Shown: positions 20,901-33,930 of the stretch, piece by piece
Position numbering within the stretch: position 1 is the first letter of the stretch
Layout of the letters: every line of letters begins with the position of its first letter
Assembly (NCBI RefSeq): GCF_035594765.1
Contig: NC_085841.1
Location: 263,778,525-263,842,524, forward strand
DNA length: 64,000 bases
Direction of reading: 5' to 3'
DNA from: Anolis carolinensis
Lineage: Eukaryota
Made by a program: the position numbers and the translations under genes
Notes under the pieces: generated by a model
Told to the model about the DNA's origin: nothing
Seen by the model: only the letters and a program-made list of their open reading frames with translations
The model's database searches: none

Positions 20901-22645
20901 CCTATATTTTGTGCTCATTTAACCATGCAAGTCAGGATTGTCTAGTTACAGAATTGTTGACAATAGAGCCAGGGCATGCCTTGGCTGTGCAAACCCTGCA
21001 GAATTGGTTTTGTTATCTACTGGCAGTCTTAGAATGTAACTGTTTAGATTCCCCCCCCCCCCCCCCAGGAAAAACGCAATCTAATGATTGTCAGCAGTCT
21101 GTTCTGCAACAGTGTAGGACAATCCTAGGAACACATCAAATTGGGTTTTAAGTAAAAGTCTCAGTAGTGTGGTGTAAAATCAGCCTTGAAAAATCACCAT
21201 GAAAATGTACAAGTTAGTGCAAGTAATCTCCTTATTTATCCTTGCAGTCTGCTGTGTGAAGCATGTAGAATCAAATAGAAAAAAGACATCTTCTGTATCA
21301 AATGGGCTTTAGACAAGTCCTGTTAAAAGAGATTGACTGCTGGGCATGTGAAGCTGCAAAACCATCATTTTAGGAATGAATGAAAAAAAGAAAGACATGA
21401 AGCTGTTTTGAAGTGTGTGTTTGTGTATGTGTCCTGAACATGTATGATTCCCTTTGGATATTTCTTCCTTGAATTGCAAGTTGTATTCTTCCTTCTAAAT
21501 AGATTGCCAGTGATTCATGCTGACATTAATCAGAGAATGTGTCCTTTGTCTATCAGTTTTTTCCAGAACTTCTCATTAGTATTTAAGAAAATCTAGGTTT
21601 TAAAGAGTAGTTTCCTTATTTGTGCAGAGAACGGTTGGTGTTGGTGTGGGTAGAGAAGAAAGGTTTGGAATCCCCCCTTCTTTCTCTGTTCCAGAGGAAG
21701 AAAGTAGGAAAACTGGGTTCCCCCCCCCCCAATTGTGCAATTACCAGCTAGCTTTTAGTGGAAAGCATTCTTCCAAAGCTATATAGCACCTCTGTAATCA
21801 TGACTTTTTCACAAGATTAAAAAAAAGAGATTGATATTTTGTCTTGGTCGGTGAAGGGGTCATACTAAGGAAGTGTAAGAAGCAGATGTGACTTAATGAC
21901 AGGAAACTAAAATTAGGTAACAAGACAAGTGCTGAAGAAGCAAGTGAGTGCCCGCAAAAGTAGTAGTGAATTTTGCTATATATCTGCTTGTGGGATGTGA
22001 GGCTTCCCCTCAGATAATACTAATCATACCTTAGTGACTGTGTTGTATGTATTTAAATGTACACCTGTTCTACATCCATTTGTAATGCCAACAGTTTGCT
22101 CTAAATTAATAAGGACCTAGTACAGAATGGTGGAACAGCATCGTACAGATACAATATTCTCGTGAGATCTGGCTGTCATTAGGCGTATTTTCATGAACAC
22201 AGATGCTAACAAAGTAAAAACAAAGAAAATGTCAATTCTCAACACTGTTTTGTACACAGGCTGAATGTGGCTCATGGTTTTGTGTGGTAATGCTACACTT
22301 CATGTCGGTTATGGGACAACAGTGGGTAAAATGCATAAGATCCAAGACTGGCATGGATGAATTTTTCAGTCTAATGGGTGACATTTTTGTTGTTATTATG
22401 TACGGTATCTTCAGATTGTTCCTGGTTTGCGGCAACACTAAGGCAACCTTATCAGGGAGGTTTCTTGGCAAAATTTATTTGCTTCATCTCTGTCTCAGGC
22501 TGAGAGTAACTGATTTGCCTGATTACCCAGAGGTTTCTATGACCACTTGGGGAGTCAAACCCTGGTCTCCATTCCTAGTCTATCATTGAAATCACTACAA
22601 CATGCTGGCTCTCACAAATGGCAATATAGAAAGGTCTAAATATTA

Positions 22646-22824
22646 TTCAGTTTCAACTATCAGGAATCCTTTTCTGCATTCATTTCCTGTAAAATACCCA
22701 ACACATGTACCAATGAACTCCAATGTGTGGCAGAAGACACAGGGACCCACACACAGTTATATGGCTTGTTGGATATTTTGTAGGAAAATCATGCAAAAAG
22801 AGATTCCTGATGGTCGAAACTGAA
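22646..22824. repeat. Imperfect foldback with ~58-bp arms, probably an old MITE
   Basis: TTCAGTTTCAACTATCAGGAATCC...CCAACA pairs with TGTTGG...GATTCCTGATGGTCGAAACTGAA. Confidence 0.8.
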
Positions 22825-25474
22825 GAATTATGGGGGAGAAAGGGACCTTTGGTGGTCATAGATAATTTAATCAAGGAATAACAGGGAAATAAAGTGTTTG
22901 GCAGAACCTCCTGCCCCAGCACTCCTGTGCTACCAGTTTCAACCTTCTAATGCCATTTTCCATGTAATTACATGGAAATTGCATCTAGTAATGAGCAGTC
23001 TGAGGAGTCTCAATGGAACTGGGGGGCGTAACTCCTTTTTCTTTCTTTTGTGCATCTAGCTTTTCTGTAATTAATTTTCTGTAATTAATTTAGCAGTCTT
23101 ATTGAGTCTTTCCCACACATGCATGACCCCACTAGAGATCTGGAGCCATCCCATAATGTAACCTGGAACTTTGGATTTTACTGGAACAGCATTAAAAGAG
23201 CTCACAGTAAAATAGGACTCATTGCCTTGACTTAACAAATTTTGTTTATTCAGAGTTTACAGGGCCATTATCATGGTTCCCACAAATTTTCCATACATAC
23301 ACACACACACATACCCTGTCTATATGTTGGTTTGTGTTCTGAGATTTTAAATGCACATTTGTATTGTGTAGTCCTTAAACCATGTCAATACAGAGTGTTA
23401 CTGCACTGTTTTATTTCTGGGGCATTAGGTCTATAATGCAAGTAGGTGCATAGAGAAAAATTTCCTGGAAAGATTGCTGGTGAAGGGATGAATAGAATTG
23501 AGATATCTTTTGGTTTGTGCTGCAGTGTGTGAAATGAATAAGGAAAAAGATATTTGAAGGGATCAGTTGTAGAAGGCAACTTCATAGCTAGCTTCACAAT
23601 CAGAAGGTAGAGCACATAGATAATTTATGAAGCGATAGAGTCATCTGTCTGTAGGTTAAGACATGGAGTCCTTTATTTGCAGTCAAAGTCAATAGCGATG
23701 TCTCTTCTACTCACAATAACATAGCACATATTGATGACTTACATTAAAGTCTCCGACACACTGAACGTGTTAAACTTTTGCCTTAAGATGAAAGGGGAAG
23801 AGTGCCTGAGGTGATCATACTTGTACTGATTGAATGGCCACTTCATTGCAGTATACTTTAATGCAGGTAGACTGTTAGGTAGAGTGAGTGTGCATGTTGG
23901 GTGGGTGTGGCTGCATAGCCATATACTGACTCTGTCTCAAGGGCACTCCTGGCATATTTAATATTGACACTTGAATTCTAGATCGGATCTGATCATGGAG
24001 TCTTTTTGGGAGATTTCCTAGTTAGATAGTGGTGTGTGAATGTCCCAGTCCTTACTTGAGCATGCTCCAAATATCGGGAGGGATTTTCTTCACTGCTGCT
24101 TTTGTTGAGCGATGCACAATAAATAAGTAGTAAGCGGAGTCTGAAAAACTATTTTTGGGGATCACAATTTCCAACATATTTGATAGTGGAAAATGTGCGG
24201 GCGGGCGGGGGGCGGGGGGCGGTATAGTCCCGAGGAATAACTTACCCATCTTTGGCAATAGGCAAACATGTGTTGGCATTTCTTTTTACTCTTCCTTCAA
24301 TTGTGTGTATATGTATATATGTTGATGCATGTGACTGTGTACCTCACAGTAGGTTCTGCTCTCGCTTACATGATTGGATGTGTATTTGAGGTGGGCTGTG
24401 ATATACAAGGGGTATGGGGTTATTTCCTTGCCAAATCTGGAAACACCTTTCTGCCATGGTATCATGTTGAAGGAAACCTGCATAAGCCAGTCCTGACACT
24501 TCAGAGACAATTTTTCATAACTTACTTTATGCTGTTTTATGAGAGAATGAGTGACAGTGACAATGAAATTATGTATGGGAGAAAGAAATCCCTGTAGACT
24601 GCACTGCTGAGAGAGAAAAGAATGACTCAAATGCAGGCAGTGCTAAGAGAAGACTGTGCTAAGAGGCTATGCTAATATTTTTAGATGAAGAAAAAAGTAT
24701 ATCTCTCCCTTTCTCTCTCTCTCATGGAAATCTGTGTTGCCTGTAACAACTCTGTAATTAAGCTTCTAGAATTTTGGGGCCAATACTGAAATCACCATGT
24801 TGTTTTGCTGGAGGGATTCCAAGACTGAATTATATGTTGGCTAGATTAACAATCACCAACAGATAGTGAGTTGTAGTAAATTGCCCAGATTTGTTGAGGC
24901 CAAAGGCTTCCTCATTCTGCTGGAGGGGAAAAAAACATAATTTTCTTGGAAAAGGCAAGGGGACAGGAAGACCTGGCAAAAGTTGTGTTCACAATCACAC
25001 AGACTTCGGCATTCAGTGATACCGCAGAAAGATGAGGAGGAATCGGTGGTAGTGTCCATGGTGCCCCATGAACACTACCACCAATAGAAAGGACAGACGT
25101 GACCACATTATTTCTCATCTTTAACACAGGCCAGCTATACTTCAAGGTCACTCATCTCATACTTCTAACTTAGAGGAACCACTTCTTAAAATAGTTGGCT
25201 CTGTAGCAACCAACCTCTGGTGTGCTTCAGGTAAGACATGGTTCTGGTTTTCATTTTCTTGAACTCTAAATTGGGGCACAGAGGGGGGCTTGAGCCTTCT
25301 CTAGACTAGGCTGTGTTTATGCGTGTTAGCCTCCCTGAAATTATCTGACAAAATTAGATCACCAAAGATCGAGCCTCTCTGTAGTTGAGCCTTATCAGAA
25401 AATATCAATCAGAGATGTAAATGACCAATAATGAACAAAATATTGTTATGCAACCTTTCCAAGAATACCAAAGG

Positions 25475-25572
25475 TTGCCTGCAATCTGGTGTATTCAGAC
25501 TTATTTGGAGTAAGATCCAAATAAAGTTTGCCTGCAATCTGGTGTATTCAGACTTATTTGGAGTAAGATCCA
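25475..25572. repeat. Direct tandem duplication, period 53 bp
   Basis: TTGCCTGCAATCTGGTGTATTCAGACTTATTTGGAGTAAGATCCA occurs twice. Confidence 0.9.
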
Positions 25573-27296
25573 GTGAATACATGTAAGATGCTTCTAAGCA
25601 TATATATGACCAGCAGGTAGACAAAATTAATAACCTTCCTGCCAATGTTAAATCACCCCCAAGTTGAAAACATTTCTGAGTTCCGAATACTGCCTACGTG
25701 GTTAAGGTGGCACAGGCAGACTAGACTTTTTCTGTTACTCTTTCTGGGGTGCTAAGGAGAGTGGGTATTGAGATGAACAGGTGCTACTCCCTAGATTAGC
25801 AGGAGACCCATTGGTGTAAGGAGAGCAGAGAAGTGAATTCAGAGCTCCTGGCACACTGAGCCAGGAGGTCCCTTTAATCAGCTTTGAGGTAGGCTATCCC
25901 TTGACATTGTGTTCAGAGCTTGATGCATTGTACTCACCCTGGCATAATGGTTTGTGTGTTGGACTATAATTCTGGAGAATCTTATCTTTGAATCCCTGCT
26001 TTCCCGTGAAATCCATTGGACAAGTCTCACACTCATAGTCCCCCAAAACTGTGATAGTTTGCCTTAGGGTCACGATAAGTTGGAAATGACACCACTGCCA
26101 TCACCACAAGTTTCATAGGCTTGGAACTTTCTGCCAGACAGTCAGCATGCATCTATTGTTGTCTTTAATGATAAGAAAACATTTGTGAACCAGGGCAGGG
26201 AGCACATTCCCATTTTACAAATGGGTTTATAAAGAAATTTGTCATTGAAATGCCAGCTGTGAAGTAATTATATGAATATTTATGTGGACATGTGAATATA
26301 ACCATATAATTATTAGTACAAACTAAAATAATCTTGACAGCTGTTTCAGGCACATTGACCAAAGTTTGGAGTTATCATAACAACAGGTAATGATGTTCCC
26401 TCCAATCTGTTGCTTTTGAGAGCAGGGGCATCATAATGACTAAACAATACAATTTTCTGGTTACTTTTTCTTATTATTTTGGGGGGCATTTTTGATTTTC
26501 CCTACTTAAGTTTAAAGCCATTTTCTTAATTGTTGGAGTAGTTTTTTCAAAGAAGTAAGCTAAAAAAAATTAATGAAACCATCAAGATTTATAGAACACA
26601 TGTAATGATCCATTTCAACAAACCTCTGTCTGTGGCTTTACACTGGGCACTTGCCCATTCCTTGCTCATTTCAGCTATACGCACTGGCTTTGATGAGAGC
26701 CTGCAAGAGGACAGAAAAATATTTCTCTGTTCCAGGTAATAATAATATCCCTCCAGCACCAACTTCAGCATCTGGATGATATTGTCTGTGCACAGGTTAA
26801 GAGACATGCATAAAATGTTGTTCTGTCCATTGTGGTGAGGGAATTGTATGTAAATCCTAATTTTCAATTGAAGTTCTCAAAGCAGCTCACTATATTTATA
26901 AAATGTATTGTATTAAACAGATTACATTAAAAACCATGTATGACTGGGAGCTTGAAAATGTTCTGTTCTGTTCTCTTGAGCTGACTTGTCTCCTTCCTGT
27001 AGGTTCACCGTTACCAGTCTCTTGATGTTCAATCAGGGCGGCCCTGTGATGCAGCAGGTAGCATCAGATGTTCTGAGTAGATGGAAGAGATAAAAGATGC
27101 AAAGGCACATTCCTAACAGAGCCTACCCAGACACTGAATGAACAGTCACTATCTTCCTCAGCTCCTAATAGATTAAAATAAATCTATTAATCAAAGGCCA
27201 TGTAACACTTCATATATCAATTACTTTTCCTTTTTTGGAATGTGGAAATCAATGTGTTTATCAAACAAGAGAGCTTTCAATAGTTATTCTTGGAAT

Positions 27297-27647
27297 TGTG
27301 TTGTCGAAGTCTTTCATGGCCAGAATCACAGGGTTGTTGTGAGTTTTCCGGGCTGTATGGCCATGTTCCAGAAGCATTCTCTCATGACGTTTCACCCAAA
27401 TCTGTGGCAGGGATCCTCCAAGGTTGTGAGGTATATTGAAAACTAAGCAAGGGAGGTTTATATATCTGTGGAAGGTTCAGGGTGGGAAAAATAACTCTTG
27501 TCTGTTGGAGACCAGTGTGAATGATATACTGTATTTAAACACCTTGATTAGCATTAATCAAGGATGCCTGCCATAGATGTGGGTGAAACGTCAGGAGAGA
27601 ATGCTTCTGGAACATGGCCATACAGCCTTAAAAACTCACAACAACAC
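27297..27647. mobile_element. Penelope-like element, truncated, with inverted terminal segment
   Basis: Penelope terminus plus inverted copy 27561-27647; 11-bp TSD ATTCTTGGAAT (27286-27296, 27648-27658). Confidence 0.85.
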
Positions 27648-27668
27648 ATTCTTGGAATGGCATGTACT

Positions 27669-28952
27669 CAGGCATGTAGCTGGGGCGGGGGGGGGGGGGG
27701 GCTTGAGGGGCTTTAGCCCCCCCCCCCCCCAAATTCTCAGGGTGGTCCTCGAGAAGGCCTTACTGGCACGTGGCACGGTGGTGTCCTTGTCCACGCCTGG
27801 GCCCTCGGTGCACTCTCTTTCCTTTTCAGTGACCCTGGTTTCAGCCTTTGGTGCTGGGAGAGTAAGGGAAGTGCGCCGACAGCCCAGGTGCCAAAGAGGA
27901 TGCCGCCGCACCAAAGACCATTCGGAGGCTGCAATAGGCCTTTGCGCCCGTGCACTCAGCAGGCCTTTGCGCCCATGCACTTGGGAGGCCTTCACACCTG
28001 TGCATTGAAGTCTCTCCACACTCGTGACTGGGAGTGGAGTGCGTCGAGCCCGTTGGCTGCCTTTTGGGACTTTCTGGATCCAGGTAAACAACAACTCCCA
28101 TTTGAAAAAGGGCAATCATTCCCCAATCCCTGCCTCTATGTACAGTTGGGCACATTGGCTCTATGTGCCAAGTTTAATCCAGATCCAGTGTTGGCTTGGT
28201 TCAATGCCCTCTGGATAAGGGCGCACTGCAACTCCCAGATCCAAGGTCAAATACCACCAATCACCGCCTGTCCTATATGCACAGTTGGCCATGTTTGATC
28301 CAGATATGATGTTGACTGCCTTCAGTACTTTCTGAACTTCTGAACTACTATTTGAAAAGGGCAATCATTCCCTGATCCCTGCCTGTATGCACTGTTGGGC
28401 ACATTGGCTCTATTATTGGCACCATCAATTAAGAAAGATATTGAGGTACTTGAAGTGTTGGAACTGTGTGACAAATCCTACTATCAGTCAATAAATTTCC
28501 TTTTTGACTGTGTTAGCTACTCTACCAGTAACGACATGCAGTGTGGAAAGATCGTTTTCCACCATGAAGAGAGTGAAAAGTGTATCTAGAAGTTTAATGA
28601 CAGACCAGAGACTTAGTGGACTAGCAATGATTTCCACCCATCAAGACATCACTATCAAATCAGAAAAAGTAATTGACAAAATGGCTGGGGAGAAGAAAAG
28701 AAGACTGTTGCTGTAAAGTAAAAAATAAGTCAAAAAGTATTCTAAACATTTTGTTAATGAAAGTAAATAAATAACATTTATTATTTAAACTGTTATGTTT
28801 ATTCATATCATGATCTGATCACCATGCTCAATATATCCCATATGCATGGGGGTATTCGGATAATGATACAAAAAGTTTGCTAGGCTAGATCCTCTCTCAC
28901 TCAGACTCAGTCCCCCCCCCCCCCCCCCATCAAAATCCTGGCTACGGGTCTG
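27669..28952 (+). mobile_element. Internally deleted hAT transposon
   Basis: TIRs CAGGCATGTAGC / GCTACGGGTCTG; 8-bp TSD CATGTACT / CTTGTACT; transposase remnant inside. Confidence 0.85.
28420..28716 (+). pseudogene. hAT transposase C-terminal dimerisation domain remnant
   Basis: LELCDKSYYQSINFL/(frameshift)LTVLATLPVTTCSVERSFSTMKRVKS..RSLMTDQRLSGLAMISTH. Confidence 0.85.
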
Positions 28953-30511
28953 CTTGTACTGTTCAGCCTCTCTGTTTTCTGTACTGAATTTACCTCAAAC
29001 TGGTCATTGCTTTATATCCACATCATGACTTACTCAGTACTGTACCAGAGAAGGCAGTATTGGATTTTTTTTTAAAAAAAATCGATGTAGCTTTTACTTC
29101 CTTTTGGCCTGGACAACAATGCACATCTTTTCTTTTCACTGTCCATGTAATGTTCCTTGGAATTGGGATTTTAGTATGTGGTAGTTTGAGCGAGTCTGGC
29201 TTGGCATGGACCAACACTTTTTCCCAGTGATGCTCCAACTATGTGAAATCGTTACATGAATGAGCCCATAACATCTGCTCAGTGGTTTCAGTGGGAGTTT
29301 ATTACAGAATTAACATTAATATATGATAATAACAGTCTCTTCTTGGTCCTAATAGGGCTTTAAAAGACCTACCTTTCAGTTGTCCATTGCCAGATCTCTT
29401 CCAGTCTGCTCTACTTTTGATCCAAATCTGCTGTTTATTCTAGCAAACTGCAGTTGGTGGCATGAATGAGGCTGGCAGCAGAGAGGGCTACTTACATTTC
29501 CATCACCAGGATATTTTTTTCTCCCTTCAGCCAGTTTGTTTTCACAACGTTACCTTCATGTTATGATGAGTCACACATATTTCAAACTGAGATTTGGTTT
29601 CAGTGGACCTCTGCCTTAAAAGGTGATTCTATTCATGCTATTTGACTCTTCAGAGTGCCCTTTCTTCCCAAAGGGGTTTAGACTCGGTCAAGCAGCTACA
29701 TCTTCTCAGGGAACACTTCATGTTAACTTTATTAATTTTTAAAACATAAATGAGAGGGTTTATAGGAGGTATATTACCGATTTCTCTTATTGCTGGTGTG
29801 ATTTATAGGCTGGGACAATGTCAGAGAGAAAAACAGATTCATATAATCCACGTCTGGAAAGTTCTGTGTTTCTTGATTCCTTTTATGGTTTCCTGAGTCC
29901 CCCCACCCCCAAAGTTATATTTTTAACACCTGAAATCACTACTCCCAAATGAGGTCCAATTAGACTCTATCATTATCTGTGAATTTTTTTAAAAAAGTAG
30001 CATAGTTCAGTGGCATTTTTTTTGTAAAAAATGGGGCTTAATTTAGCAAAGTGAATTCCAATTTCAAACATGACAAATTCAATATTAAGATTCCAAATGA
30101 TTAAGTAACAATAAGAAATTAAAATAAGAACAGCAGATAAACCTTTGCTAGCCCACAAAACGCTCCAGCTGCACACTGAATTTTTTAAAAAAGTTTGTAA
30201 AGCACCCTGAAGGACAATTTTAAAATGTAAGCTTATCTTTGGATGTTGCTGCTGCAATTTTACAAGCAAAAGAATATAAATTCCTGAATATTTGGGAAAA
30301 AGATCCAGCTAGTGTGTCTAGTGTAAAGCAACATGTGTATGTAGTAAATCAAACTATTGCGACATTGTAAAACTCTCTGTCTAGTCTTGATTTGTTTATT
30401 TATTATTATTTAATTATTTAATTCATTTATAGACTGCTTTTCCCACCCCTGGAGAGACTCAAAGTGGTGTACACCATTATACATGGCAAAAATTCAATGC
30501 CTCACATCCAT

Positions 30512-30822
30512 AGGTAAAGGTAAAGGTTTCCCCCTGACATTAAGTCCAGTTGTGTCCGACTCTGGGGGTTGTTGCTCATTTCCATTTCTAAACCAAAGAG
30601 CCAGCATTGTCCATAGACACCTCCCAGGTCATGTGGCCGGCATGACTGCATGGAGCGCCGTTACCTTCCCGCTGGAGTGGTACCTATTGATCTACTCATA
30701 TTTGCATGTTTTCGAACTGCTAGGTTGGCAGAAGCTGAGGCTAACAGCGGGTGCTCACTCTTCTCTCTGGATTCGAACCTTCGACATTTGGTCTGCAAGT
30801 TCAGCAGTTCAGCGCTTTAACA
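30512..30822 (-). mobile_element. Sauria SINE
   Basis: (AAAGGT)n tail; reverse complement of the 1177-1508 body. Confidence 0.9.
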
Positions 30823-31947
30823 GGCTAAACACATAAAAACATTACACATCTAAAAATGATCACATTGGACCATATATTAAATCATTAAAACAATATAGGC
30901 AAGCAGCATAACGATAAAACTTTAAACAGTAGGACATGTAAAGATTGCATCACTCCCATTTTTTTTTAGCTTCTTGCATTTTGGTGTTATTCATCGAATG
31001 CCTGTTTACACAGTTGAGTTTAGAGCTGGTTCCTAAATGCTAGGAGGGAGAACCATAACTGTAACAAGAGCTTGGTGAGGAAGGGATTATATATGTATTC
31101 TTTTGTATAACTGGATAACAGTGATACTAAACCAAGATGTTTGGTTTTGTCCATGGTGCTGTAGTTCCATTGACCATGATATGTTGGCATCACTTGGCTT
31201 GATTCCTAGCATGAGAGACTGCAAAGCAGAAGAAGGTTATTTTCAGCCAAGCATACAGACTGTTGGCAGCACCAGAGCTGGCAAGGTTGAGTTCTGAGAG
31301 TGAAGAGCTGGGCGTATATCCCACAGGAAGGAGTGGGGATAAGTGTAGCTCAGGAGGGCTGGGGGCACTGCGACAGCCATTTGGAGGAATGGCAAGCAGG
31401 AATAGAGGCTGGCAGACAGAGAAATTAGAAGTTGGTAAGGGTGGCAGGCGGGAAGATTGGAGGGTTTCATATTTGGCTGATCCATTCTTTGAGACCATAA
31501 TGACACCCAAAGCGAATGTTTCTGCTAATATACTATCATATAAGCAGACTTTCCTGTGTAAAGTATTTTATCTTGATGAAAGGAATCATAATATGGTTGT
31601 AGTCTAAATGCAGAGCAGCTTAGAGTGGCTTTATACATTATGTAACTATGAACACAGTGAGTTTATCTGCTTTTTATTCTATTTGGGAGTACAGCTTGTT
31701 AGTTTGCCATCTACAAGTTACAAAAAAAAGTCTACAAAGTGGGTTCAAGGGTGACACGTGCATGTATTTCCTGTAATGTGTACAGCTAGTCTTCCTTTGC
31801 AATATTTTCACAACGCATATTTTGGAATATTAATAAGAGCATAAAAGCAAAATGGGAAAAGAATGGGGAGATATCTGAAATGTTGGATGTTTGATATGTT
31901 GCAATTTTTAATAACCGTCCATCTAACCCTCTTTTCTATTTAAATAG

Positions 31948-32029
31948 TACAGAAGAAAGAACTGTTACCGTCTTTAACAACTGAGAGAGAGAGCGATATC
32001 CAACAACATCAGCAAACAAACCTGCCCCA
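31948..32029 (+). other. Candidate small exon of an unidentified host gene
   Basis: CTAAC branch point, pyrimidine tract and TAG acceptor; CCA|GTAAGT donor; non-repetitive context. Confidence 0.3.
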
Positions 32030-33087
32030 GTAAGTTGATACATCTTCTTCATCAACCAAGCAGTTGAATTATTTTAAAAAGTAGTTTGATTCATTTCTTA
32101 TTTGTTTTCCATTAACCACCCATTTAAGGTTTAATCAAACTGTCTGGAATGATCAGACCTAGAAATGCAGTTTTCTGCCTTGCATCTCCCAGTGGTGGTC
32201 TATTCTTTTAACTTTTAAATTGAGACCATTTATGTATGGATGTGTTTGATCTTTCTTCGAAGAAAGCCTGTGTTCATAATGATACCTTTAATCTGATATG
32301 CTGCTGTCATTCTTCGCATGTGATGATTATTCATCTGCATAATATGGGGAGAATATAAGGGGGTGGAAGCTGAATGCGCATTGTAAGAAATCTCATCTAT
32401 TGTAGGTGTTAAAACAAATGTGGGCAAAATGTAAAGAGCCAAACAGTAGGGGAGTAGTTCTTCAGTGACTTTTGTATAGTACACACTTAAGAGAATTTAC
32501 TCTCATAACTATTCGATTAAATTGTCTTAAAAATACAATGCTTTGAATCTTGCCCCACATTTAAAAGACTGCTACGGAGTCCATGGGTAGACACATAATT
32601 TATTTTCCTTGCCACCTGTGAAAATACTAAGGAAATACTTGTTCTTTCTCCAAACGCTATGAAATCATTCACTGGCCTCTGTCAATCTTCTCTTCTCTCC
32701 TAAATCATAAATCAGTGGAACATACATTGCCATTGTAAAGTGTTAAACCTTTGAAATACAGTTTAATGGTGGTATTTTCTTCTGGTGTACACATCACACA
32801 TCAGTGTTCTCTGTTATATTCCCATCAATCTTTTGGTCAGTTTTAAAAATGTATCTGAGTTACCGCCTTCTTGGATTTGAAGTCCTCACATTCATCTTCC
32901 TAACATCCTTGTAAGGAAAAGATAGACCGTTTCCATCTAATCTCTTGGGTTAAAACAACGGGATTTCAATATTATAAAATTGACTACCAATTTAGCAGGA
33001 AAAATAAACTGAAAATTAATATGTGGAGTTCAAATGAATATTTCTGGCATGGTTTTTAATACTTGTATATGAAAATATTGTGGGCTC

Positions 33088-33203
33088 ATAGAATTATAGA
33101 ATAATAGAATAATAGATTTTGAAGAGACCCCCTGCCATGCAGGAAAAACACAATCAAAGTACCCCTGACAGATGGCCATCCAGCCTCTAACAGATGGCCA
33201 TCC
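33088..33203 (-). mobile_element. CR1 3' end fragment
   Basis: (ATAGAAT)n tail, GAAGAGACC, CCTGACAGATGGCCATCCAGCC. Confidence 0.7.
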
Positions 33204-33724
33204 GTCACAAACACATGAAGTGACATAAGTCACACATTTGCTTCCATCTAACAAGAATGCCACAGCATTTTATTTTTCCATCTATTTATAGCATTTTAAA
33301 TTCAATTGCATAATGAACTTTTCATTTGCTGTCTTTGCTCAGTTGTTTAGATATTGTCGAGTGCAGTGGCTCCTGTATAAATAATCCCACATGACCGAGG
33401 ACCATAAATCATCTTGAGAATTTACGGATGTTTACCAATTTTGGAGAATACCCAGTATTTACATATTTGCATACTTTACAGGCAACAGTTATGGATAGAA
33501 TTGCTTACACTAAGTATTTCCCATTGTAATACAGCACTAATGTAATGTAATGTTACATGTCTGATAGAGAAAATGTTGTCCTGAGGTATAAAACCCAGGG
33601 GTATCCATGTTGGCATAAGGCATGTTCCAAAATCCACATCTATACTGTTATTAGTACTGTTATTTAATAGGCACAATACACAAAAAAACCTTCAAGAGCC
33701 CCCAGGCCGCTTCATTAGGCAAAT

Positions 33725-33930
33725 ATAGTGAGTCCTTGTTATCTGCTGTGGTTTGGTTCCAGGACCCCCGTGAATACTAAAATCCTTGGATACTCAGGTT
33801 GTGTTAGATTCAATGGCATAGTAAAATGTGGTCCCATATAAAAATGGTAAAAATAAGATTTGCTTTGGAGAATTGTTCCAACAATATTTTTAAGCTACAT
33901 TTGAATCTGTGGATATGGAAGTCCAACTGC
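33725..33930. mobile_element. Old Tigger/mariner-like MITE
   Basis: GGTTTGGTTCCAGGACCCCCGTGAATACTAAAATCC internal motif; degenerate TIRs. Confidence 0.5.
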
